From Sphingomonadales bacterium (GTDB taxonomy: Bacteria > Pseudomonadota > Alphaproteobacteria > Sphingomonadales > Sphingomonadaceae): a stretch of 46,883 bases of DNA. The notes below the pieces were generated by a model that was not told the DNA's origin, did no database searches, and saw only the letters and a list, made by a program, of their open reading frames with translations. This document shows, piece after piece, positions 38,275-46,883 of the stretch. The stretch spans positions 1-46,883 of the forward strand of contig JBBQAU010000001.1 of assembly GCA_038316685.1 (NCBI GenBank), read 5' to 3'. Within the stretch, counting starts at the first letter, position 1; the number at the start of each line of letters is the position of its first letter. The position numbers and the translations under genes are program-made.

Positions 38275-39204
38275 ATGGACACGTTGGCGGTTATTTTAGA
38301 GGCACCTGGGACGCTTTCACTGCGTCGTCTTGGCCTCACCCCAATGGGTGCCGGCGACATCCTGGTCGAGGTGGCTTGGAGCGGGATCAGCTCGGGCACC
38401 GAAAAGCTGCTTTGGTCAGGAACGATGCCTCCGTTTCCCGGCATGGGATATCCCCTGGTTCCAGGGTATGAATCGGTTGGTCGGGTCGTTGATGCGGGCG
38501 CCGACGCGCAGTCACGGATCGGCGAATGGGTTTTTGTTCCGGGGGCCAATTGTTACATACAGGCGCGCGGCCTGTTCGGTGGGACAGCGCGGCGGGTGAT
38601 CTTGCCCGGCGCGCGTGCCATGCCGGTCGACGAAGCGCTTGGCGAGCGCGGTATTTTGATCGCGCTTGCAGCAACCGCCTATCATGCGGTGGCGGGCGGT
38701 GCGCCGCCTGAACTGGTGGTTGGTCACGGTATTCTGGGGCGTTTGATTGCGCGGGCGACCATTGCGCTAGGTGCGCCTGCCCCAACGGTTTGGGAAACGT
38801 CCTCTGAGCGCCGGATCGGCGATTTTGGCTATCGCGTGATCGATCCTTCCGAGGATGATCGGAAAGATTACAAGGCGATCTGCGACGCGAGCGGGGCGGG
38901 TGCCATCCTTGATACGCTGATTTCCCGGACGAGTAAGGGCGGCGAAATTGTTCTTGCCGGGTTCTACGACAAGCTGACCTTTTCGTTCCCGCCTGCGTTC
39001 ATGCGCGAGACTCGACTGCGAATTTCAACCGAATTCGTGATCGATGATTTGCGGGCAACCGCAGCACTCGTCGATGGCGGGAAGTTGAGCCTTGATGGTC
39101 TTGTCAGCCACGTTCGCCCGGCGAGCGAGGCGACTGAAGCCTATCCGGCCGCCTTCGGCGACCCGGAATGTTTAAAAATGGTGCTTGATTGGAGAGTCGA
39201 ATGA
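38275..39204 (+). CDS. bchC: 3-hydroxyethyl bacteriochlorophyllide a dehydrogenase
   Basis: SGISSGTEKLLW, PGMGYPLVPGYE, FVPGANC, CLKMVLDW; AGGAG RBS. Confidence 0.95.
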   Translation: MDTLAVILEAPGTLSLRRLGLTPMGAGDILVEVAWSGISSGTEKLLWSGTMPPFPGMGYPLVPGYESVGRVVDAGADAQSRIGEWVFVPGANCYIQARGLFGGTARRVILPGARAMPVDEALGERGILIALAATAYHAVAGGAPPELVVGHGILGRLIARATIALGAPAPTVWETSSERRIGDFGYRVIDPSEDDRKDYKAICDASGAGAILDTLISRTSKGGEIVLAGFYDKLTFSFPPAFMRETRLRISTEFVIDDLRATAALVDGGKLSLDGLVSHVRPASEATEAYPAAFGDPECLKMVLDWRVE

Positions 39205-40184
39205 CCGTTCTTGATGTTAACGCACTTCGCGAGGAAGCGTCACACGAGCCTGATCCCGTTCCAACAGGCCCGGTAACCAAGGAAACGCAGATTATCGCCA
39301 TCTACGGCAAGGGTGGCTCTGGCAAGTCCTTCGCACTCGCCAATCTCAGCTATATGATGGCGCAGCAGGGCAAGCGCGTATTGCTCATCGGTTGCGACCC
39401 GAAATCTGACACGACGAGCCTGTTGTTCGGTGGCAAGTCCACCCCGACCATCATCGAGACGAGTTCGAAGAAGAAGCTGGCGGGCGAAGAAATCGGCATC
39501 GACGATGTTTGCTTCCAGCGCGACGGTGTGTTTGCGATGGAGCTCGGCGGACCAGAAGTTGGTCGTGGCTGTGGCGGTCGCGGGATCATCCATGGTTTTG
39601 AAACGCTCGAAAAACTGGGTTTTCACGAATGGGGCTTTGATTATGTCCTGCTCGATTTCCTGGGCGACGTGGTCTGCGGCGGCTTTGGCCTGCCGATCGC
39701 GCGTGACATGTGCCAAAAGGTGATTGTCGTCGCATCGAACGACCTTCAGTCGCTGTATGTCGCCAACAACGTCTGCAAGGCGGTGGAGTATTTCCGCAAG
39801 ATGGGCGGCAATGTCGGCGTGGCGGGCATGATTCTGAACAAGGATGATGGCACCGGGGAGGCTAATGCCTTCGCCGAAGCCGTCGGCATTCCTGTTTTGT
39901 GCGCAATCCCCGCCAACGAGGATATCCGCAAAAAGAGCGCGAATTATCAGATTATCGGCAAGCCCGGCGGTCAGTGGGCGTCGCTCTTTGAAGAATTGGC
40001 GGTTAATGTCGCTGAGGCGCCGCCGCTGCGCCCGACGCCGCTTGATCAGGATGGCTTGTTGAACCTGTTCAGCGCCGATGTGACAGGGGCGGATTACACG
40101 CTGCGGCCAGCGAGTCAGGCGGACATGCGCGGCAAAGAATTTGTCGTGAAGCCAAGCCTTGAAATCGTTTACGACACGGTCTGA
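39201..40184 (+). CDS. bchX: Chlorophyllide a reductase iron protein X
   Basis: YGKGGSGKS, GCDPKSD, GPEVGRGCGGRG, DFLGDVVCGGF. Confidence 0.96.
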   Translation: MTVLDVNALREEASHEPDPVPTGPVTKETQIIAIYGKGGSGKSFALANLSYMMAQQGKRVLLIGCDPKSDTTSLLFGGKSTPTIIETSSKKKLAGEEIGIDDVCFQRDGVFAMELGGPEVGRGCGGRGIIHGFETLEKLGFHEWGFDYVLLDFLGDVVCGGFGLPIARDMCQKVIVVASNDLQSLYVANNVCKAVEYFRKMGGNVGVAGMILNKDDGTGEANAFAEAVGIPVLCAIPANEDIRKKSANYQIIGKPGGQWASLFEELAVNVAEAPPLRPTPLDQDGLLNLFSADVTGADYTLRPASQADMRGKEFVVKPSLEIVYDTV

Positions 40185-40192
40185 TCAGCATC

Positions 40193-41716
40193 ATGGACAC
40201 CCCAACCCGAACGACTGATCGTCTTGATCTTGGCGCGCCCGAAGCGGCCGGCAGCGGCTGTCATGCCGGTGCAGCAACGATGCACGATGCAGCTGCAAAA
40301 GCCGGCAAGAGCGAAATTCTTGATCGTTATGCAGCCGATTATCCCAAGGGCCCGCATGATCAGCCGCAATCTATGTGTCCGGCTTTTGGCTCATTGCGCG
40401 TGGGTCTTCGGATGCGGCGGACGGCGACCGTGCTGTCCGGGTCGGCCTGCTGCGTTTACGGCCTGACGTTCACCTCGCATTTTTATGGTGCGCGCCGGTC
40501 GGTCGGTTATGTGCCGTTCTCGTCAGAAACACTCGTTACCGGCAAGCTGTTTGAGGATATCCGTGACGCGGTGCACGATTTGGCTGATCCCGCGCTCTAT
40601 GACACTATCATCGTTACCAATTTGTGCGTGCCGACGGCGTCGGGTGTCCCGCTCCAGTTGCTGCCTGATGCCATTAATGGTGTGCGTGTAATTGGCATCG
40701 ACGTCCCAGGATTTGGCGTGCCAACGCATGCTGAGGCAAAGGATGTGCTGGCGGGTGCGATGCTCGCATATGCGCGGAAAGAAGCCGAGCAGGGTCCAGT
40801 TGCGGCTCCTCGTGAGCGGTCTGACCGGCCGACGATTACGCTGCTCGGGGAAATGTTCCCGGCCGACCCACCAGGGATTGGCCTGATGCTGGAGCCGCTT
40901 GGGCTTGCCGCCGGACCGGTCGTTCCAACGCGTGAATGGCGTGAGCTTTATTCGGCGCTGGATTGTGCAGCTGTCGCTGCGATCCATCCTTTCTACACAG
41001 CCAGTGTCCGCGAATTTGAAGCAGCGGGCCGGACGGTGGTGGGTTCAGCGCCGGTTGGGCGCGATGGCACGGCGGCCTGGCTTGACGCGATCGGTGCGGC
41101 TTGCGGGATTGCCCAGAACAAGATTGACGCATCGAAGAACAAATTCCTGCCTGCCATCGCAAGCGCGCTCGCCGCAAAGCCGATCAAGGGCCGGATCACG
41201 GTATCGGGCTATGAAGGGTCAGAGCTGCTGGTTGCCCGGCTGTTGGTGGAGAGTGGAGCCGACGTTCCTTATGTTGGCACAGCGTGTCCCCGCACACGTT
41301 GGTCTGATCCGGATCGCGATTGGCTTGAATCAAAGGGTGTCCGCATTCAGTATCGCGCAAGTCTTGAGCAGGACATTGCAGCGGTTGAGGAATATGGCCC
41401 CGATCTGGCGATTGGCACGACCCCGGTTGTTCAACACGCAAAGCAAAAATCGATCCCGGGTTTGTATTTCACTAACCTGATTTCGGCCCGGCCGCTTATG
41501 GGTCCGGCAGGGGCTGGTAGCTTGGCAATGGTGGTCAATGCCGCGCTTGCTAACCAGCACCGGTTTGACAAGATGAGTGCGTTTTTTGAAGGCGTTGGCA
41601 CTGGTGCCACGGCGGGCGTCTGGGAAGAAACGCCCGTTGATCGCCCCGAGTTCAAGGCTAAATTTGCCGCCAAGCGGATCGCCGCCGCCAAGGCCGAGGA
41701 GCATATCGGCACATGA
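40193..41716 (+). CDS. bchY: Chlorophyllide a reductase subunit Y
   Basis: [40 protein letters not shown]. Confidence 0.96.
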   Translation: MDTPTRTTDRLDLGAPEAAGSGCHAGAATMHDAAAKAGKSEILDRYAADYPKGPHDQPQSMCPAFGSLRVGLRMRRTATVLSGSACCVYGLTFTSHFYGARRSVGYVPFSSETLVTGKLFEDIRDAVHDLADPALYDTIIVTNLCVPTASGVPLQLLPDAINGVRVIGIDVPGFGVPTHAEAKDVLAGAMLAYARKEAEQGPVAAPRERSDRPTITLLGEMFPADPPGIGLMLEPLGLAAGPVVPTREWRELYSALDCAAVAAIHPFYTASVREFEAAGRTVVGSAPVGRDGTAAWLDAIGAACGIAQNKIDASKNKFLPAIASALAAKPIKGRITVSGYEGSELLVARLLVESGADVPYVGTACPRTRWSDPDRDWLESKGVRIQYRASLEQDIAAVEEYGPDLAIGTTPVVQHAKQKSIPGLYFTNLISARPLMGPAGAGSLAMVVNAALANQHRFDKMSAFFEGVGTGATAGVWEETPVDRPEFKAKFAAKRIAAAKAEEHIGT

Positions 41717-43158
41717 CACTCATCCTCGATCACGATCGCGCGGGCGGTTACTGGGGCGCGGTTTACGCCTTTACTGCCATCAAAGGCTTGCAGGTCATTA
41801 TTGATGGCCCTGTTGGATGTGAAAATTTGCCGGTGACCTCGGTCCTGCATTACACCGATGGTCTGCCACCGCATGAGCTGCCAATCGTCGTCACTGGCCT
41901 TGGTGAGCAAGAGCTTGGCCGCGACGGCACCGAAGGAGCGATGAAGCGCGCCTGGAAAACGCTTGATCCTGATCTGCCTGCAGTCGTCGTTACCGGATCG
42001 ATTGCCGAGATGATCGGTGGCGGCGTGACGCCTGAGGGCACCAATATTCAACGTTTCCTGCCTCGCACGATCGATGAGGATCAATGGCAGGCTGGGGACA
42101 GGGCGCTGACCTGGCTCTGGACTCAGTTTGGTCCAAAGAAGGTGCCGGGACTGAAGGAACTTCGTGAGGGAGAAAAGCCTCGCGTCAACATCATTGGGCC
42201 CATGTATGGCACATTCAACATGCCGTCCGATCTGGCTGAAATTCGCCGCTTGATCGAAGGAATGGGTGCGCAGGTCAATATGGTGTTCCCGCTCGGCAGC
42301 CATCTTGCCGATGTCAAGAAGCTGGCGAACGCGCATGTAAACGTCTGCATGTATCGCGAATTCGGCCGTGGTTTGTGCGAAGCGCTAGAGCGGCCCTATA
42401 TCCAGGCACCCATAGGTCTGGAATCGACGACGTTGTTCTTGCGCAAGTTGGGCGAACTCACCGGGCTAGATCCGGAGCCGTTTATCGAGCGCGAAAAACA
42501 TACCACAATCAAACCACTCTGGGATTTGTGGCGGTCCGTTACGCAGGATTTCTACGGCACGGCAAGTTTTGCGATCGTTGCCAACGAAACTTACACGCGC
42601 GGAATCCGCAATTTTCTGGAAGGGGACATGGGCATGCCGTGCACCTTCTCCTACCAGCGCTCGGCGGGCATCAAGCCTGACAATGCAGCCGTACTTGAAT
42701 CAATGCGTACCAACGCGCCACTTATCATGTTCGGCAGCTTTAACGAGCGGATGTATATGGCCGAAACCGGTGCGCGCGGCATCTATATCCCGGCGTCATT
42801 CCCGGGCGCTGTGATCCGCCGGCACACTGGTACGCCCTTCATGGGTTATGCCGGTGCGACCTATCTCATGCAGGAAGTCTGCAACGCGCTGTTCGACGCG
42901 CTTTTCCACATCCTTCCGCTCGCTGGACAGCTCGACAAGGTGGACGCAACCCCGGCTCGGCTAGAGGCCGAATTATTGTGGGAAGATGAAGCAAAGAGCG
43001 AACTCGATGCCGTGGTTGAGCGCGAACCGGTACTCGTGCGTATCTCCGTCGCCAAACGCATTCGTGATGCCGCCGAACGTGGCGCGCGCCGCGCCGGGGA
43101 AACCCGCGTGACATCCGAACGACTGGCCGATGCCATTTCAGAAAGCAGGGGCGCATGA
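41713..43158 (+). CDS. bchZ: Chlorophyllide a reductase subunit Z
   Basis: [37 protein letters not shown]-terminal PCP-red-like domain. Confidence 0.96.
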   Translation: MTLILDHDRAGGYWGAVYAFTAIKGLQVIIDGPVGCENLPVTSVLHYTDGLPPHELPIVVTGLGEQELGRDGTEGAMKRAWKTLDPDLPAVVVTGSIAEMIGGGVTPEGTNIQRFLPRTIDEDQWQAGDRALTWLWTQFGPKKVPGLKELREGEKPRVNIIGPMYGTFNMPSDLAEIRRLIEGMGAQVNMVFPLGSHLADVKKLANAHVNVCMYREFGRGLCEALERPYIQAPIGLESTTLFLRKLGELTGLDPEPFIEREKHTTIKPLWDLWRSVTQDFYGTASFAIVANETYTRGIRNFLEGDMGMPCTFSYQRSAGIKPDNAAVLESMRTNAPLIMFGSFNERMYMAETGARGIYIPASFPGAVIRRHTGTPFMGYAGATYLMQEVCNALFDALFHILPLAGQLDKVDATPARLEAELLWEDEAKSELDAVVEREPVLVRISVAKRIRDAAERGARRAGETRVTSERLADAISESRGA

Positions 43159-43294
43159 CCGACCTGCTAAGCCATTTCCGCCTATTGCGGACAAACAAAT
43201 CTTCGCGGTGCCTTGCGCTGCGTGGATGCCGTCGGGGGACGCGTGCCGCGCGCCTGAACTCGTCGGGCCGAACGAAGATGAAGGAACGAGCGAT

Positions 43295-43516
43295 ATGATT
43301 GACGAAAGAATGGGGCCAGGGACATACCTGACTGAATCCGAAGCGAAAGAATTCAACACGCTGTTCACTGTCAGCATGGGTTTTTTCACCGTAGTGGCGA
43401 TTATTGCGCATGTGCTTATGTGGCAGTGGCGCCCATGGTTTCCAGGCACGCCGGGCTATGACAAAACCTCCGCTATTTCGGCGCCGGCATCAACCGGCCC
43501 TGCGACCAACGGCTAA
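43295..43516 (+). CDS. pufB: LH1 beta polypeptide
   Basis: LTESEAKEF...[14 protein letters not shown] (BChl-binding His, WRPW); AAGGAA RBS. Confidence 0.93.
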   Translation: MIDERMGPGTYLTESEAKEFNTLFTVSMGFFTVVAIIAHVLMWQWRPWFPGTPGYDKTSAISAPASTGPATNG

Positions 43517-43531
43517 TCGGGAGACTATACC

Positions 43532-43720
43532 ATGCACAGAATGTGGATGACATTTGACGGACGGCGGGTGCTTACTGCACTTGCGGTGTTCTTGTTCACC
43601 TTGGCAGTTTTGATCCATTTCATTTTGCTGAGCACCAATCGTTACAATTGGCTTGAAGCGCCGAATCCACCTGCAGCTGCTGCTGCGGCTGTTTCGGCAA
43701 CGCCTGCTCCAGCGGCCTGA
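43532..43720 (+). CDS. pufA: LH1 alpha polypeptide
   Basis: MHRMW...RRVL...[19 protein letters not shown]; GGGAG RBS. Confidence 0.93.
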   Translation: MHRMWMTFDGRRVLTALAVFLFTLAVLIHFILLSTNRYNWLEAPNPPAAAAAAVSATPAPAA

Positions 43721-43762
43721 TACGGCCGTCGGGGTTCGCAGAGCGTGCCCGTTGTACTATGT

Positions 43763-43814
43763 GAGGCGGACGTGACCTGATTGGCGTTACCGCGCCCAGG
43801 TCCGTCCAGTCCTC
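43763..43814 (+). other. pufA-pufL intercistronic stem-loop
   Basis: GGACG(T)GACCTG pairs with CAGGTCCGTCC, inner GGCG/CGCC, outer GAGG/CCTC; same position as the mRNA-stabilising hairpin of Rhodobacter puf operons. Confidence 0.6.
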
Positions 43815-43865
43815 TCTTCTAATTTTGCCATCCCGCCGCCAGCCGACGGGTGAAGGAGCTGGTCC

Positions 43866-44690
43866 ATGGCACTCTTGAGCTTTGAACGGAAATATCGCGT
43901 AAGAGGGGGCACGCTTGTCGGCGGCGACCTTTTTGATTTCTGGGTCGGCCCTTTTTACGTCGGTTTTTTTGGTGTGACGGCCGCATTTTTCTCTGTGCTG
44001 GGGACGGCACTTATTTTTTACGGTGCCTCGCTTGGGCCTACATGGAATCCATGGCTCATCAGCATTGCGCCACCCGATGTCAGCTATGGTCTTGGGCTTG
44101 CGCCGATGAAGGCAGGAGGGCTGTGGCAGATCATCACTATCTGCGCGATCGGTGCTTTCTCGTCCTGGGCGCTGCGTGAAGTAGAAATCTGTCGCAAGCT
44201 GGGGATGGGGTATCACGTACCTGTCGCATTCGGCGTTGCGATTTTTGCTTACGTCAGCCTGGTGGTAATCCGGCCGATGTTGCTTGGTGCGTGGGGGTTT
44301 GGTTTTCCTTATGGAATTTTCAGCCATCTCGATTGGGTTTCGAACACCGGTTATCAATATTTGCACTTCCACTATAACCCTGCCCATATGATCGCTGTGA
44401 CTTTCTTCTTCACGACGACGTTGGCGCTGGCGCTGCATGGCGGGCTTGTCCTGTCCGCAGTAAACCCGCAGGCGGGCCAGGAAGTAAAATCACCTGAATA
44501 TGAAGACGCCTTTTTTCGCGATACGATCGGTTACTCGGTCGGCACACTCGGCATTCACCGTGTCGGCCTGTTCCTCGCGTTGTCGGCTGGCTTCTGGAGT
44601 GCCGTCTGTATCATCATCAGTGGCCCGCTATGGACGCGCGGCTGGCCTGAGTGGTGGACATGGTGGCTCAATCTGCCGATTTGGGCTTGA
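43866..44690 (+). CDS. pufL: Photosynthetic reaction centre L subunit
   Basis: [45 protein letters not shown]. Confidence 0.98.
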   Translation: MALLSFERKYRVRGGTLVGGDLFDFWVGPFYVGFFGVTAAFFSVLGTALIFYGASLGPTWNPWLISIAPPDVSYGLGLAPMKAGGLWQIITICAIGAFSSWALREVEICRKLGMGYHVPVAFGVAIFAYVSLVVIRPMLLGAWGFGFPYGIFSHLDWVSNTGYQYLHFHYNPAHMIAVTFFFTTTLALALHGGLVLSAVNPQAGQEVKSPEYEDAFFRDTIGYSVGTLGIHRVGLFLALSAGFWSAVCIIISGPLWTRGWPEWWTWWLNLPIWA

Positions 44691-44704
44691 GGGGAACTGA
44701 ACCG

Positions 44705-45679
44705 ATGGCAACTTATCTGAATATCTTTACCCAGGTGCAGCTCCGCGGTCCGCCGGAAATGGGGCCACCGACCAATGATCCGGGTGAAGTTCGCAGCAAT
44801 CCCGCAGGATTTTCCTGGTTGCTCGGCAAGATCGGCAATGCGCAGATTGGTCCGATTTATTTGGGATGGCTGGGCACGCTCTCGCTGGTTTTTGGTCTGA
44901 TTGCGTTTGAGATCATCGGGCTGAATATGCTTGCTTCGGTCGGCTGGAACCCGGTTCAGTTCGTCCGCCAGCTGTTCTGGTTGTCGCTTGAGCCGCCTGC
45001 CCCGAAATATGGTTTTTCGCCGATGGTGCCACTGGCTGAAGGTGGCTGGTTTATTATGACTGGCTTCTTCTTCTCGGCCTCGGTCCTGCTCTGGTGGGCA
45101 CGCACTTATCGTCGGGCTGTCGCGCTTGGCATGGGGACGCACGTTTCATGGGCTTTCCTCAGCGCGATCTGGCTGATGATTGTGCTTGGCTTTATTCGGC
45201 CGATGCTGATGGGCAGCTGGTCGGAAGCAGTACCTTATGGCATATTTCCGCATCTCGACTGGACGGCGGCTTTCTCGATCCGCTACGGGAACTTGTTCTA
45301 CAATCCTTTCCACGCGCTTTCGATTGTCTTCCTGTATGGATCAACGCTGCTTTTTGCGATGCATGGTGCGACGATCCTTGCGGTCGGCCGTTATGGTGGT
45401 GAACGCGAGATTGAACAAATTACCGACAGGGGCACAGCGTCTGAACGTGCCGCTTTGTTCTGGCGCTGGACGATGGGCTTTAACGCGACGATGGAATCGA
45501 TCCATCGTTGGGCTTGGTGGTTTGCAGTGTTGACGACGCTCACGGGCGGGATCGGTATCTTGCTCACGGGCACTGTTGTCGATAACTGGTACCTTTGGGC
45601 GATCCAGCACGGCTATGCGCCATCCTATCCTGATACAGGCGTTATTGATCCAGCCACTCTGCCGGGAGCACCGCAATGA
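44705..45679 (+). CDS. pufM: Photosynthetic reaction centre M subunit
   Basis: [51 protein letters not shown]. Confidence 0.98.
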   Translation: MATYLNIFTQVQLRGPPEMGPPTNDPGEVRSNPAGFSWLLGKIGNAQIGPIYLGWLGTLSLVFGLIAFEIIGLNMLASVGWNPVQFVRQLFWLSLEPPAPKYGFSPMVPLAEGGWFIMTGFFFSASVLLWWARTYRRAVALGMGTHVSWAFLSAIWLMIVLGFIRPMLMGSWSEAVPYGIFPHLDWTAAFSIRYGNLFYNPFHALSIVFLYGSTLLFAMHGATILAVGRYGGEREIEQITDRGTASERAALFWRWTMGFNATMESIHRWAWWFAVLTTLTGGIGILLTGTVVDNWYLWAIQHGYAPSYPDTGVIDPATLPGAPQ

Positions 45680-46806
45680 TCCGCGTCGCCACCATTACCA
45701 GCACGGTCATCGCCGGATCAGCCTTGATGCTTCTTGCGGGCTGCGAATTCGGCCCCAAGAAAATCGAGCAGACCGGTTATCGCGGCACGGGCGGGGCTCA
45801 GATCACCGCTGTCAACCGCGTGCTTCCTCAAGAAGTACCGGCGCCTCCCTACGATCTGCCGCCTGACGGAGGCCCGCTGGCCAAGGAAACCTATCAAAAC
45901 GTTAAGGTGCTGGGCAATGTCAGCACAGAACGGTTTAACCATTTGATGGCAGCGATCACGCAGTGGGTCGCACCACCAGAGGCGGGCTGTAATTACTGTC
46001 ACAACCCGAACAACATGGCGTCGGATGAGGTCTATACGAAGGTTGTCGCCCGCAAGATGTTGCAAATGACGATCAAGATCAATTCCCAGTGGGTCCCGCA
46101 TTTCGGCGGCGCCGAGAATGCCGGCGTGACCTGCTATACCTGCCACCGCGGCAATGCTGTTCCCAAGAATGTCTGGGCAATGGCTGATGCACCAGGCGGT
46201 TCGACCCGGACGATGAGCAATCGCCATGGTCAGGGTAAGCCGATCGATACGGTGGCCTATGCGTCGCTGCCCTATGATCCGTTCACGCCCTATTTGGCCG
46301 CCAAGAACAACATACGGGTACAGGGAACAACTCGACTGCCTGGTGATAAGTTGGGTGCCTCGATCGTGCACACCGAGAAAAACTATGCGTTGATGATGCA
46401 CATGTCGTCTTCGCTCAATGTGAATTGCACCTTCTGTCACAATACTGACGCGTTCAGCAGCTGGTCCAGCTCGCGGCCGCAGCGCGTTACTGCGTGGTAT
46501 GGCATTCGCATGGTGCGCGACCTGAACAATAACTATATCACCGCTCTTGGCGATGTGTGGCCAGCCAACCGTCGGGGCCCGCATGGTGATCCGCTGAAGG
46601 TGAACTGCTCGACCTGCCACCAGGGGTTGAACAAGCCACTGGGTGGAAAGACCATGCTGCAAGATTATCCGGCACTGCGGGGCACTCCGGTGACACCAGC
46701 CGTGGTTCCAGCCATACCGGAGGCAGTGCCCACCGCTGCGCCAGTGGCGATGGCACCGGCCAAGCCGACGTCACCCAAAGCGGGGGTGCCTTCCGCGACG
46801 CAATAA
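45676..46806 (+). CDS. pufC: Reaction-centre-bound tetraheme cytochrome c (lipoprotein)
   Basis: Lipobox [13 protein letters not shown], four CxxCH motifs (CNYCH, CYTCH, CTFCH, CSTCH). Confidence 0.96.
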   Translation: MIRVATITSTVIAGSALMLLAGCEFGPKKIEQTGYRGTGGAQITAVNRVLPQEVPAPPYDLPPDGGPLAKETYQNVKVLGNVSTERFNHLMAAITQWVAPPEAGCNYCHNPNNMASDEVYTKVVARKMLQMTIKINSQWVPHFGGAENAGVTCYTCHRGNAVPKNVWAMADAPGGSTRTMSNRHGQGKPIDTVAYASLPYDPFTPYLAAKNNIRVQGTTRLPGDKLGASIVHTEKNYALMMHMSSSLNVNCTFCHNTDAFSSWSSSRPQRVTAWYGIRMVRDLNNNYITALGDVWPANRRGPHGDPLKVNCSTCHQGLNKPLGGKTMLQDYPALRGTPVTPAVVPAIPEAVPTAAPVAMAPAKPTSPKAGVPSATQ

Positions 46807-46845
46807 GGCTTGTCTGGCGCTGAGTTTGGGGCCAAGCGAAACGTA

Positions 46846-46883
46846 GGGCGGGATATGGCGTTAGTCATATTCCGCCTTTTTTT
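46846..46883 (+). terminator. Rho-independent terminator of the puf operon
   Basis: GGCGGGATATGGC-GTTA-GTCATATTCCGCC stem (with G-U pairs) followed by T7. Confidence 0.85.

Noticed and set aside
43155-43298. 47-codon ORF between bchZ and pufB ([11 protein letters not shown]...) as pufQ
   Set aside because: Overlaps both neighbours by 4 bp but is Arg-rich with no TM helix and no PufQ resemblance; not supportable without conservation data.
1-46883. CRISPR arrays, tRNA/rRNA, riboswitches, transposases, integrases, phage genes
   Set aside because: No repeat-spacer periodicity, RNA gene signature or mobile-element protein motif seen by eye; a covariance-model scan was not possible.

Overview
GC-rich alphaproteobacterial chromosome segment, Sphingomonadaceae-like by gene content and order (inference), from a probable aerobic anoxygenic phototroph. 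Bases 1-25.3 kb are mixed housekeeping and accessory genes: a partial amino-type DNA methyltransferase missed by the ORF track, DsbD, a PhoK-type alkaline phosphatase, a secreted beta-helix protein, a SahR-metF-split metH operon with a perfect 20-bp operator palindrome, fpr, a patatin-bdhA-DUF4893-ScfR cluster (probable PHB mobilisation), YpfJ, a broken GNAT, an NADP oxidoreductase, a DUF5690 transporter + PhnZ-like HD oxygenase pair, and a MarR-EmrAB pump. Bases 25.4-30.2 kb hold ccmCDEFGHI. Bases 30.2-46.9 kb hold one arm of a photosynthesis gene cluster (PGC): tspO, bchIDO, a 59-aa membrane ORF, crtCD/crtF, bchCXYZ and pufBALMC, with PpsR boxes and a final terminator. Best leads: a PpsR-type box before the ccm operon abutting the PGC, the PhnY-less DUF5690-PhnZ module, the 59-aa ORF between bchO and crtC, and the long same-strand crtD/crtC overlap. 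No rRNA, tRNA, CRISPR, transposase or integrase was seen. All family calls come from motif recognition, not database searches.
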